64,000 nt of DNA from Eledone cirrhosa (taxonomy: Eukaryota), in contig OZ024743.1 of assembly GCA_964016885.1 (NCBI GenBank), positions 263,252,001-263,316,000 of the forward strand, given 5' to 3'. Made by a program: the position numbers and the translations under genes. The stretch's first letter is position 1, and each line of letters begins with the position of its first letter. Shown here in pieces: positions 14,930-28,976 of this stretch. Below the pieces are notes generated by a model. That model ran no database searches and had not been told where the DNA came from. It saw nothing but the letters and a program-made list of their open reading frames with translations.

Positions 14930-17900
14930 AATATTGCCAGAATTAATAACAGAACACACTTAGAATGGTTGAATAAGAAAAAACTAGAAGAAAGGAAAAT
15001 AGAATATTCTCAAAAATACCCAGATAACATCAACAATATCCGTATGACTGATGTAAAACTACCGGAAGAATTTACCAATGACCACACAGTAAATATTTAT
15101 GGGAACACTTTAATCAGTGAACAAGAACAACAAATCCTGCAGCTACCACCAAAATTTGCCATCTACAAAAAGATTAACCCTATTGAGTGCAAAACGGAGC
15201 TGGAAAAGTGTTTAACAAAAATACGCTGAAAAATATGCAAAAGTAAACAACAACAACAGCTATACGGACAACAACAACAATAATAACGGTAGTAGTAATA
15301 TAAACAATAACTCTGAGTATAGAAATAACAGCTATAATAGTCATAACAATAACAATAGCAGGAGAGTGAGAAATAGTAATAGTGGTAATAATTTTAACGA
15401 TAGACAGAACAACAACAACAACCACAATAATAATAATAATAGAAACATTAACTACAGACAGAACAGCAGCGACCACAGTAGTAATAACGGTAACAATACG
15501 AATAACAACAACAACAACCACAGTGGTAATAATAGAAATAATACATGTAGCAACATTAATGATAGACACAACAAAAACAAGAAACATAATAAAAGTAACA
15601 ACCACAATGGTAGAAATAACAGTAACAACAACAATAACGGTGAAGAAAACAACAATCACAGCAACAATACATCTAGCAATCATAACAATAATAATAATGC
15701 TAATGATAGGAACAACAACAACCACCATAATAACAATAATAGCAACACACACAACTATGACGATAGATATAATGACAACCCCTTAGAGAAACTATTCTTC
15801 AACCCAGCTGACAAAACATATAAGATGGGTAATATCTATCCTACGAGGTTACCCTTTAATAAAAGAGTTTGCATACCACATCAAATAGAGGACGAGACAG
15901 AGGCACAGTTCACCATAGCTAGAAATAAGATTAGACAAATAGTAGACAGGTATACTAAGAGACAGAGCAGACCAGAGGCCCAACAACTTGGGAAGAAACC
16001 TGTAGAAGGCTTGGTTAGCCTTAAGCAGCGTACAAGGGATGGTGAGGTAGTATGTCTACCCACGGATAAGTCTGGTAGGATGTCAATAGATAGCATGCCG
16101 AACTACATCAAGGCTATGCAACCCCACATCACCAATACGAGCGAAATTGCACAGCAAATACATGATGGGAGAGAGAAAATCCTCAACGTTCACATGATGA
16201 TGTGGACCGACATCCTAATGCCAAGCAGACGCACTGCCAACAACTTCCAGGCGTCTAACAATGGCATACCACCCTTGTATGGGCTCCGCAAAGACCACAA
16301 GACAGTCGACGACTCGACAACAGGACCATCAACATGACCCGTATGCGGAGCAAATATAGCTAGCAACTACAGGATCTCCTACTTCCTCTCAATGGTTATA
16401 CGCCCCATAATCAAGATGTCCCCAGATGTATGTGACGGTACAGAGGACCTCCTCAGCAGAATCAGTGAGTGCAACAAAAACAGGAACCTATCCAACTGCA
16501 TAATAGGCAGCATGGATGTGGTATCACTGTACCCATCCATTAACATTGATTTTGCTGTGGGAAAATGTGTGGAGATGATCATTGAGAGTGAGGTGGAGTT
16601 CTGCGACGTCGACACAGATGAACTGAGCCTCCTACGTAGACTTACCTACGACACTGATTATCTAGACAGTCATGACCTTAGACGTGTCTGCCCAGTAGAC
16701 CCATAAGAGGTAGATCCCCCACCATAACCTCAATGGCTAAAAAGACTCCCATGGGAAGGTGGATTGGGTGGACTAAAGCAGGTAAGAAAAATGGTTGCAC
16801 ATGCAATAGAGGCTAGTATCAAATCTACCCTAAAGGGCCACATATTCAAGTTCAACGAGAAGATCTACACCCAAAATGAGGGAGCAGCCATTGGCGTCAG
16901 CATAGCTGGTGACGTTGCCAACCTTTTTATGGTATGGTGGGAAAGGAGACTTAAAGATCTCCTTGATGAGAGCTCCATAGACCTCATCATGTACTCTCGT
17001 TACGTAGACGATATCAATATAGTTATAAGAAAATCCCCACAAAATAGCACTAACAAGTTTGATTTAGAACGTAGCACAATGGAAAGCATCCAGCAGATAG
17101 CTAATTCCATACACCAGAGTATAACTGTAACTATCGACTACCCTTGCAAACACCCTAACAATAGACTACCTGTATTAGACGCGGAACTCTGGATTAACAC
17201 TATAGACGAGAGAGCCCAAATTCTCCACTCACACTATGCTAAACCCATGGCCTCCAAATACCTGATACTCAAAAACTCAGCAATGTCCAGTAGTGCCAAG
17301 TTTAATATTCTGATCGCAGACTTGGTACGAGTGATGAAGAACGTGTCCCGCATGTGCGACCCAACAGAAATGGAAAGACACATCCAACACTTCATCAACC
17401 GGATGCAGTTCTCTGGCTACAACCAAAGAGACAGAGTCAGAGTATACGAAGGAGCCACGGAGAAGTATAAGACCCTCATAGAACTGGACATGAAAGGAAT
17501 TTGCCCATTATACAGGAGCAAATCATGGAATAGCTTAGATAGGGCTAGACATAAGATAGGGAAAGCCACCTCATGGTACGACAACCAGAGATACCAGTGT
17601 CATGTTTGTGGACGCTACCCCTGGAGGGAAATTAGCTAACCGGTGTAGAAAGGCCCTGAGAAAGACCCACTTAAAGATCAAGGTGGTAGAAAAGCCAGGA
17701 ACCACCATAAAATCCCTGATCAGCAAAACCTACCCTTTTAAGAAAACCCACTGTACTAATAGGAAATGTATCATATGTAAGGTAAATCCCCGGATAAACT
17801 GTAAAACTAGAAACGTCGTCTATAGCATAAGATGTACTGAGGGTACTTGCAGAAACATGACAACAACATACATAGGCGAGACAGCTTGTAGCATAGGTGA

Positions 17901-18153
17901 ACGGATAGACCAACACTGGGAGAACTAAAAGGACGAAAAAACGGTTCAGTACTATACGAACATGCCAGACAACAACACGACGGTAACATAGACAACATAG
18001 AAATTAGAATAATATCTAAACATAGAAATGACCCAGCAGATAGGCAAATCAGAGAGGCCAGTGAAATAGAACTTAGAAGGCTAAGGCTAAACAGAAAGAA
18101 TGAATGGAATAACAACAACACCCAAACAAACAACACTGACCTAAGAGAAGTAT
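14930..18153 (+). pseudogene. PLE polyprotein (Asn-rich insert, RT, GIY-YIG) broken by stops and frameshifts
   Basis: ORF pieces 14927-15229, 15366-16337, 16392-16706, 16764-17639 and 17602-17928, with a continuation ...RQIREASEI..LNRKNEW. Confidence 0.85.
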
Positions 18154-18413
18154 AAATAAATAAATAGATAAATAAATAAATAAATACATACACAAGCACA
18201 ATAACACCAAACACATATAAACACACACTAGTAAAGATAGAATACATTAACCAATACACAGTCACCCAATCACGAACACATCAAACAAAACACTATACAC
18301 ACACGCAAACGCATGCGCAAAGAAGACAAAATAAAATAAACAAATAAATAAATATATAAACAGACTAAATAAAGATGTCGTAGAAAATACAATGCAACTG
18401 GAGGAAACAATAG

Positions 18414-18456
18414 CACCACTGACGATGTTGCAGATGTGCAACGAAAGAATTTTGAT
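18414..18456 (+). ncRNA. Partly decayed HHR in the PLE 3' region
   Basis: CTGACGA-t gttgca gatg tgcaac-GAAA-gaattt. Stems I and III are imperfect. Confidence 0.5.
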
Positions 18457-18703
18457 AAACTATATATATGTGTTAGTGTCTATATTGTATCTGTATTATT
18501 TTTGACCTTTGGTCAGTCAATGGCAACATTGAGGACCGAATAAATTAGATTACCGATATAAAAGACACAGAAGCGAAAAGCGAAAACCAACCAAACAGTG
18601 AGTGTGTTCTGTTATTAATTCTGGCAATGTTACGCAAATATGACCCTCCCCAAGTATAACAATATTTGTTTCGACACACGATTTCATATCAAAAACCTCG
18701 CAA

Positions 18704-18739
<36 letters not shown>

Positions 18740-19141
18740 CTATAGTGTACTCCTGATTTATTTCGGCAAATACTGAACACAAATTATCTTACTAATTGCA
18801 ATTGACACAAGTTATATATACTGAATGAACACAAGACACGAACGCTGAACAGAATACCACTGATGTAATTCGATTGCCACCACTAGAAAGATCAAGATAT
18901 ACAAACGTTATGATATTCACTGAACAAATATGCTGTAGTAGTGAACAAACATAGAAATTCATAACCGATGATATTTTAAATGTTTTTTTATGTCAGACAT
19001 CATGAAAAAGAAAATGGCTACCAGAGTAAAGAGTAACGTATTTTTCTGTTTGAAATTTTTAAGGAAGCAAACAATATTCTTTATTTCAGTTTTTATTTTC
19101 TTGCTGTTATTTGTGTGATGTGAAATTTCTACTTTTTACAG

Positions 19142-19176
19142 GAGGATCCTAAACCTGATGACAGTTTATTGGTATA
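19142..19176 (+). CDS. Candidate micro-exon (EDPKPDDSLL[V])
   Basis: Acceptor ctttttacag|. The donor is gtgagt at 19177 or alternatively gtatag at 19172. Its phase-0 start is compatible with the exon ending at 6171. Confidence 0.4.
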
Positions 19177-19723
19177 GTGAGTGTAATCCATAATTGTTGT
19201 CTCCCTTTAATCTCTTTTTAAACACTTCATGACCTTCAATGCGGTAAATAGAAATGACCTCACCCACATAAATCTCCATGATCCTTCCATCCTTCTTTTA
19301 TGCTCTTCTTTACATCTAAAAATCTAAAAGTTCTTGCACCCTTGCTTAATATAATTTTCTCCTTTCGCAAACTTTATATCAAACCAACCGTCTTCTAAGA
19401 ATAATTTTTTGCTGCTCTACTTATTCTGTCAGTCTTTAACCCTTTCTTCAATACTTTCCTCAAATAACATTAACTAGTATCAGTGAGGATATAGTGAATT
19501 CAAACACACACACACACACAAACATACACAAACACACACAAACATACACACACACACACATATATATACATACACTCATTGACACACACACACAACATAA
19601 TACACTCATACATACATACACTCACAATAACACGCACATAACATAAAACACACATATAGTGAAAAAAATTAAAAGTTAAAGAATTATATAATTCTGTTCA
19701 TCTCACGTTATACAAGAAACCAA

Positions 19724-19905
19724 TAATAATTGTTTCTACTTAGGCACAAGGCCAGCAATTACCCAGTACATTACTGGTACTTTATTTTATCGACCCCGTA
19801 AGGATGAAAGGCAAAGTTAACCTCGGCGGGATTTGAACTCAGACTGCAAAGGGACATAACTATGCTAGAAAGCATGTTGTCCAACCCTCTACCGATACTG
19901 CCAAT
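19724..19905 (-). mobile_element. tRNA-SINE
   Basis: Homologous to 5320-5510. Confidence 0.85.
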
Positions 19906-20605
19906 GGTGGAAGATACACTTAATGTTTTTCTTAGCTATTCATGTAAATTTACAGTACACAACGAAAAGAAATATATTATACCATTTAAATTCAAGTGGG
20001 TTTGCAAAAGAATGGTCTTTATCTCATTTGCTTTTTACTAACCAGTTTCAACTCTTGTGGGTTTGTCAAAAGTGTAATTTGTTTAGTTATATTTTTCAAC
20101 ACGCGTCATTATGTGCCACGTGCGTACTTGCTATCGCATTAGTTGTAATGACAAGGGACGCCTATCGGATTTCTGTATGAATAGGTAGCAGCATCCCCCG
20201 AGTTTTGTGGGTTTCATTTAATAAATTCAGCATCTTCCGTTACGGTTGCAGCTTTGTAGGCGTCACTATCTTTCCTGTGATGTTTGCCTGTCTTTTACTT
20301 TTTACGATCGCATATATTTCCAAGATATTTTTTATTTTGAGGGGTTTTAAGCAAAAGAATGCTGAAATCTATATACCTATCCAACTAAACGTACCGATTC
20401 TACTAATATGACCTTGAAACTTACATATTTGAAAAGCTCATGAAAGAGGAAATCGGTTAATAAAAGCCCCGCCACTCCATAAAAAAAAGAAAAATGGGAT
20501 AACCTTGATTCCATCCGTAAGTCTCCTTTTCAAAAGGAAATAAATATTTTGTATGAATTAATTTATCTTCACAGTATAGTGCAAATTTTCATGTTTGTAT
20601 ATAAA

Positions 20606-20792
20606 AATAATTTTTTCTACATTTGGTACAAGGCCAGCAATTACCCAGTACATTACTGGTACTTTATTTTATCGGCCCCGTAAGGTTGAAAGGCCAAGTT
20701 AACCTCGGCGGGATTAGAACTTAGAATGGCAAGGGCCGTAAGTCAATGCGTTAAAGCATGGTGTCCGAATCTCTACCGATACTGCCAATCCA
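20606..20792 (-). mobile_element. tRNA-SINE
   Basis: Homologous to 5320-5510. Confidence 0.8.
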
Positions 20793-21183
20793 GGTGCAGA
20801 TTCGGGTTTTTATAATTATATATATTATTTTTCCTGAAATCTGTCGACTTTCGTTATTCGACTTTCGTTATTCGAAATAATTATTTATCATAAGAGTTTC
20901 GGAACAAATGATTTTCAGTATTTAATTACACGGAAACACACACATACTTACACATACGTACACACACACATACTTACACATACGTACACACACACATACA
21001 TGTATATAGATATATGAAAAGCTTATTCAATGAACAGGGCATAAACAACGGAAAGAACTCAATGCATTGTAGCAATGTGAAACAATTAATTTAGTCGAAA
21101 TGTTAAGATGTTACAATATAAATCTAATTCTTTTTTTGTTGGAGTTTCGCAAGTGTCGAAAATGTTTTGCCGTTTACATACAA

Positions 21184-22219
<1,036 letters not shown>

Positions 22220-22789
22220 GAATGTAGAGAAGTGACACACGAGTTGATATATATATATATAAATATAGTAAAATGCTAAAGGGATTCTCTCTCAAAACAT
22301 TTATTTACAAAATAGGAATTTCCGCATTTAATTGTACCAGTTTCAGCTTATACGCTTTTTCAACGACGGAAGTGTTAAATGCAATTAAATTGCATATTAA
22401 TAAGAATAAGAATATAAAGAAAAAATTTTGTTTTTACATACATATTTAGGGAGAAAAGTTCACATTTTTGTCTGAACTTTTCTCCCTAAATTTATATGTA
22501 AAAACAAACATTTTGTCCCCCATATTCATATTATTCTTATTTCACTTTAAAATGTTTTTATTCTATATTAGTGTAAATGTGTTGAGTCCACACGCTTGGG
22601 GAGAAGTTCTATGCTGGAGTCAGGCCTATCCCCTCTCGAGCAATATATATATATGGCAATGTGTGTGTAACTATAGTGCGGGTGGTTCGTCGGTCAAAGC
22701 ACTCAGTGTTGTTACGAGGGTCCGTCATATTTCTGTGTACTCCAGGGTTAAGGCGGCTGTAACGTGCAGAGGGTAAATACAAATCAGCA

Positions 22790-23059
22790 GGAACGAAGTC
22801 AAGGTTGCACCATTAATAAACTTTATTGCATATGAAAATTGTTTCGATATCGATTAGCTCAGGGTTAGATCACAATGGTCGAGATTTGACGCTGCGCCGA
22901 CATCTCATCAGATATGCAAGTTCGAGTACAGAGCATATTGAGATGTCGATGCAGAATCGAGCCCCAACCATGATGATCGTAGCCTGAGCTGATCGATATC
23001 AAAATAATTGTCATATGCAATATTGTTTACTTATGGTACGACCTTAACTTCGTTCCTGC

Positions 23060-23060
<1 letters not shown>
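22790..23060. mobile_element. Fold-back HHR element (family C)
   Basis: Diverged inverted arms at about 22786-22920 and 22930-23060, with (TA)n on the right side. Confidence 0.7.
22826..22919 (-). ncRNA. Type I HHR with enlarged stem II (family C)
   Basis: ttgcatat-CTGATGA-gatgtcg...cgatatc-GAAA-caattt-TC-atatgcaa, with an 8-bp stem I. The opposite arm reads taattgtc, implying an ancestral palindrome ACAATTGT. Confidence 0.7.
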
Positions 23061-23136
<76 letters not shown>

Positions 23137-23195
23137 GAAAATAAAAAGCCACGGGCGAAAGAAGGCAGTATCCATCATCAGTCGTCTGCTAGGAA

Positions 23196-23245
<50 letters not shown>

Positions 23246-23248
<3 letters not shown>

Positions 23249-24318
23249 TTGAGGAATAACTAAAGAGTGCTTAGAAATACATTGTTTTATTTGTTAACAG
23301 TGTTTCATCCATACCCTAGTGCAGGAATCATCAGAGCCTATAAACAAAAGAATAATAAAGGTTGCAGGCGCCATCGAGCCTAGTCACCAGAACAAAGAAG
23401 AAGGACAAGTAGGGGGCACACAATACATGATACATATAATGTCACAAAAAATTACATCATAAAAAAATGACATCATAAAAAATTACGTCAAAAGTGTATC
23501 ACATAAATGGTGCAATAGATCATAAGGAGGTTGAAAGAGGGGAGCAAGAAATGAATGAGGGTGTTACTCAGCATGATCAAAAAACAAACCAAGCATAGAT
23601 ACATCAATTCACAAGCAGTGCAAGTACAGGATTTACAGGCAGAGTATGAAAGCTTGTAAGCAGGAGTCAGTAAACAGAAATGTTGGTTAGCTGTGGTGCA
23701 GCTTTACAGGCAGGATTGTTTATAGGAAAAATGGTGCACTCAGTAGTATCGCCTTGTAACAGGTTGATTTCTCGTGGTCGGATATGGAGAAATCAACCTG
23801 TTACAAGGCGATACTACTGGAATTTATCATTTTTCCTATAAACAATCCTGCCTGTAAAGCTGCACCACAGCTAACCAACATTTCTGTTTACTGACTCCTG
23901 GTTACAAGCTTTCATTCTCTGCCTGTAAATCATGTACTTGCACTGCTTGTGAATTGATGTATCTATGCTTGGTTTGTTTTTTGATCATGCTGAGTAACAC
24001 CCTCATTCGTTTTATGCTCCCCTCTCTCAACCTCCTTATGATCTATTGCACCATTTATGTGATACACTTTTGACGTAATTTTTTATGATGTCATTTTTTA
24101 TGCTGTAATTTTTTGTGAAATTATATGTATCATGTAATGTGCCCCCCCCCCTACTTGTCCTTCTTCCTTGTTCTGGTGATTAGGCTCGATGGAGCCTGCA
24201 ACCTTTGATATACTTTTGTTTATAGACTTTGATGATTCCTGCCGTAGGGTATGGATGAAACACTCTTAGCAAATAAAACAATGTATTTCTAAGCACTCTT
24301 TGGTTATTCCTAAACTTA
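23246..24318. repeat. About 1.07-kb palindrome (arms about 530 bp, loop about 13 nt) with an HHR motif in each arm (family D)
   Basis: Centre aggttgatttctc-gtggtcggatatg-gagaaatcaacct at 23761-23799. CTGATGA-ttcc..ggat-GAAA-cact occurs at about 23293-23338 (-) and 24226-24270 (+, core TTGATGA). Confidence 0.9.
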
Positions 24319-25495
24319 TAACGGCTCTGTAGTATAGTAATTATCCTACATTGTGCTAAAACCACACCTGTCATACCAAGGACAATATATCTGTGTCTGT
24401 GCACATTAGTATAATTGTCAACCAAACTATATATATATATATATAAATGTAATCTGAGTTTTTCGAATATTAATAATAACATTCGATTCGTTTGCAATTA
24501 TGCAAACAAGCCTCTTTTTTAAAGCCATGTCAGTAGAATGGGCCCCTCATTCTTGCTCTTGTGTTGGCATGTAAACAGAATTACTGACACTGTTTCTGGG
24601 TATTACCCTTCATCAGTGCAGCTCACTGTTCACATGCCAACTGACAGAACTAGTGAAAATAAATATAATATAATATATATATATTATATATTATATATCA
24701 TATATATATTATATATTATATATCATATATATTATATATATTATATATATTATATATATTATATATAACCACTGCTACCCAAAAATTAAGGCAACCTATT
24801 AACATAGCTACTTCAAACTATACTACTGTGTTAAAAGCATGTAATTTTTTATTCATTTACTTTCGAATTTATCTTCTTTCCGCTCTTTTTTTCCTCCCGT
24901 TTTCTTTCCTGCTTTTTTCAAAGAAAGACTTAATCTATTTAAAAAATAACCTATTATTTCGTTCTGTGTTACTCCATAGAGAGCAGTTAGATTTTTCTTC
25001 TGGAATTCTTTCTCTAAGATTTATATTAAAATTTTGAAAAAAACAAATGAGAACATTAATCTGTTTTGCATGCATTTAATTTAATGAATTTTTATCTTCA
25101 CGTTTACATGCGTGTGTTTTGGTTTTCGAAACTTCGTCAGTACAGGAAAATTTATTACGGAATTGGTATTCATAAATATATGTAGACAGAATATCAATTG
25201 ACAAGTTTGCATCAACGGCATTGTGTTGTAGACAGGGGCGTTTACAGTTGCTTAAAGACAGCAAGTTATAATGCTTAGTTCAATGAAATACCATTTAAAA
25301 GACGCAGAGTTACCGTCAAAATGAATCTGAAGTAGCCAAATTAATATATTTACGTGCAGTAGTCATTTGTTTAAATCCATGACAAGGCGATGTTACTTGT
25401 TTTGGTTAAGATACGTTTATAGTTTTGATGATTGTTAAAAATGTAACCACATAATCACAGTGAATCTAATGTCTTTCCATTTTACTCTTTACCAG

Positions 25496-25555
25496 GATAC
25501 AATGGTTTGTTTCTAAATTGTGGACCAGTTAAAGGAAGAGCTATGGCAGTTATAT
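25496..25555 (+). CDS. Candidate 60-nt exon (YNGLFLNCGPVKGRAMAVI)
   Basis: Strong acceptor ttttactctttaccag|, donor gtgagg, and one open frame in phase 1-1. Confidence 0.4.
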
Positions 25556-25913
25556 GTGAGGTTGATGGTGCTGGTAATGATGATGATGTTGACTATGGTG
25601 ATTATTCTAGAGGAGTATGTAATGATGGTGGTGGCGGTGGTGTACCTTTACTACATTTCAGCCAAATTTTGGCTGCATCAGCACTGCATCCTTGGTACAT
25701 ATCATCAAATGATTGACAAGAATGATAAACTGGAATACTAATATGTAAAGCTTTCACTTCTAATACTTATGATTATCCGGATATTTCAAATACACATGGG
25801 CATGCAAAACCATATGCACAGATATATAAAAATTATAAACAAACAAACATACATGCTAACATGCATATATATACTTATACATACGCACGCGCACACACAC
25901 ATATACATATATC

Positions 25914-25947
<34 letters not shown>

Positions 25948-25948
25948 T

Positions 25949-26080
<132 letters not shown>

Positions 26081-26082
26081 CT

Positions 26083-26119
<37 letters not shown>

Positions 26120-26504
26120 GCAAAAATTACCTACATGTACCGAAGTGTTATAAAACTGAATATAGTATATGTGACAATGGTGTGGGAAAGGGGTTGTATA
26201 TATCAATTATGTGTGGTGCATACATGGTGACAAGTTATTGAACCTATATAACAGAACTAGTGATTTAGAAATTCGGCAAGTTACGGTGCATATGCCAGTT
26301 AAATGAGGATACACCTACATATATACATGCATATACACACATACAAACATATATATATATATATATGTGTGTGTGTGCATATATTTATATAAGTTTTACA
26401 TATATATAAACATATATAAATTATATATATTTACATATATGTATATACATACATATTATATTAATATATTATATATCCTTCACACACACATACACGCACA
26501 CATG

Positions 26505-26572
<68 letters not shown>

Positions 26573-28035
26573 TAGTAAATTATATATTTATATTATATCG
26601 ATAAATTATATATATATATATATATATATTTATATGCACGTTTGTGCGTATATTTGCGTGGTTGTTTTTTTATGTGTGCGTGTGCGCACGTGTCTGTGAC
26701 TGTTAAAAGTTTCGCCAAGTAAATTCATTAAACAGATATTTTTTCATATATAAACATGTTAGGTTTATTGAAGGTGGAAACATGTGGAGTAGAATTATCG
26801 ATATAAAATGAAGAACCAAAAGAAATGACCAACGTATGGTTGTGTTTAATATATCTTCAATGGAAGCAGAAACATATTAAGATATGATCGTACTCGATCT
26901 TGTATGAAGGTCTTAGATACGTGTGATCGTAGGTATTATTATATAAGAGCATGAAATTTGAAAGCGAAAACTTTCTCTGTTGCTATTAATAAGAAAGACA
27001 CAGAAGAAGAGTGACATTCTTTTAGTATAATGTCAAAAATATTTTATTAAAAAAAACAATTTTAATATTAGTTCTGATGATGTCAAATTTTAAAGTATAA
27101 CTTATATGTCTAAGTGAATCCATTGTTTGTATTATCAGGTACAATTAACCTATTTTTGATAATTTGAAATAAAAAGCAAAGTTCATTTTATAAGACCTGA
27201 GAATGCTTAGACCAAGAACGGCCAAATTGTTAATGCGTATTTTACGAAAGACACTATAAACGTAAATAGGATTTAAAGCTTTTTATACACTTGGCATGGT
27301 AGTTAAACAAAATTTGATGTTATCGTAAAGACCTATCTTCGGAACCGATTGTCTTATGTCGTGATATTTATAGATACAAATAGCATGCAAAAATTAGATA
27401 ACCTGTGGCTTAAGCATATTTGTCATTGCTTTTATTTGTTCTATAAAAGAAATACGTACCTTTGTGGGATAAAAAGGATAGTTTTAAAATATACTGACTG
27501 TATTATTAAATGGAAGAGAAGTTTTGTTTGGGTTAAGAAAACTTTAATTAAAGGAAATTCGGTTCAAAAGCAGCTGGTGCAATTTGCAAAAATAAACAAA
27601 AAAACCCAAACATACAAAAAAACAAAACATTTGTATATAAACATTGAAGTGTAGAACACGCTCTACAGGCGGTGAATATTTTGAAATGTAAGGAGAATTT
27701 TTCTAAATTTTATTTTATATCTTTTAACACTAAATATGATTTTATATTTAGAGGAGGGGGCATCAACATTTTGAGATATAGATATGGGGTAGGGTACAAC
27801 AGAATGTAAAATTCCCTGATCTAGAGTGGTGGATGAGAAAACCTGGATAATTTTAGGATATTGGTTTTGAAAACCTGTAAATGGTGTTTTGAGAAAATTA
27901 TACAAATGCAAAAATGTATACATCATCAACTGGAAAACTCTGGCTATTGGGGAATATAATCTTAGACATACTAACTTTTACTATGAGGTTAAAAACATAA
28001 TATAAAACTTTTCAGATAACATTATTGATGCCATT

Positions 28036-28153
28036 CTGAGTTCTAATCTCGCCGAGGTTAACTTTGCTTTTCATCCTTACGGGGTCGATAAAATAAAGTA
28101 CCAGTAATGCACTGGGTAATTGCTGGCCTTGTGCCAAAAGTAGAAACAATTAT
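28036..28153 (+). mobile_element. tRNA-SINE, partial
   Basis: B box through 3' tail of the major SINE family. Confidence 0.8.
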
Positions 28154-28205
28154 TACAAATGATACAAAATGAGGTTATTGAGAAATATATGTATGAAGCA
28201 CTTAC

Positions 28206-28358
28206 GCTAAAATCAGCCATTTCTACTATTGGAGCAACTACGGCCATAGTTAGAACGGCGGTATTTGAATTCAGAGCAAAAAGAGCCAGAATAGATAGTT
28301 TCTTAATTTTCGTCCAAATAATCCTTAAACTTAGGATTGCAGCATGGTGAAGCACCGC
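28206..28358 (-). CDS. Candidate 153-nt exon on the minus strand
   Basis: catttctttaag|GCG...TTTAGC|gtaagt, with a single open frame AVLHHAAILSLRIIWTKIKKLSILALFALNSNTAVLTMAVVAPIVEMADFS. Confidence 0.3.
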
Positions 28359-28434
28359 CTTAAAGAAATGTTGTTGATCATATCGTCCTCAGTACTTATT
28401 TTGTCAATCTCATTTTGTCAAACGGCAAGTTGGA

Positions 28435-28563
<129 letters not shown>

Positions 28564-28574
28564 GTTATATATAT

Positions 28575-28700
28575 ACGAAGGGCGTCAGTAGTTGCATTTA
28601 CAAAATTTCACTCACAAGGCATTGATCAACCAAAGGCAATAGTAAAAGACTCCTAACAAAAATGGTAAACAGTGGGAGAGAACCAAAGCCACGTGATTCT
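28575..28700 (-). mobile_element. Degenerate second-family tRNA-SINE
   Basis: Similar to 40085-40282. Confidence 0.5.
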
Positions 28701-28903
28701 TCATTATTACTTTTAATCACAAATTCTACTCTAACTCTACAACTGTTCCTAACTTCATTATTTCTAACATGTTGATAGATGACATATATGTACTTTATTT
28801 ACCACAATGTTAAAAGCCTTACTTGGACAAAAAAAAAAGAATAAATATTTGACTCTACTTGACGTCTTGAGTACTTTATTCCGTTTCTGTTATTTTGGTA
28901 TCC

Positions 28904-28961
<58 letters not shown>

Positions 28962-28976
28962 GAAAATATTTCAGAT

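Larger units (their letters stand above)
14796..18707 (+). mobile_element. Decayed Penelope-like retroelement (Naiad-like), RT plus C-terminal GIY-YIG, inserted in (TA)n
   Basis: Motifs PTDKSGR, PPLYGLRKDHK, GSMDVVSLYPSI, QNEGAAIG, YSRYVDD and CKTRNVVYSIRC..YIGET..ER..QH. An inverted repeat of about 60 bp links 14796-14856 and 18598-18659. An HHR-like motif lies in the 3' region. Confidence 0.9.

Noticed and set aside
15180-15752. Hydrophobic Val/Ile-rich minus-strand ORF as a membrane protein
   Set aside because: It is the antisense reading of the AAC/AAT-rich insert in the PLE.
15227-16337. In-frame TGA codons as selenocysteine (reported for some Naiad PLEs)
   Set aside because: They fall at positions expected to be Trp (KIR*) and Arg (GPST*PVCG), so they are best read as point mutations. 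The element also has TAA stops and frameshifts.
27069-27102. HHR at agtt-CTGATGA
   Set aside because: There is no GAAA and no stem II, so it may be a chance match.
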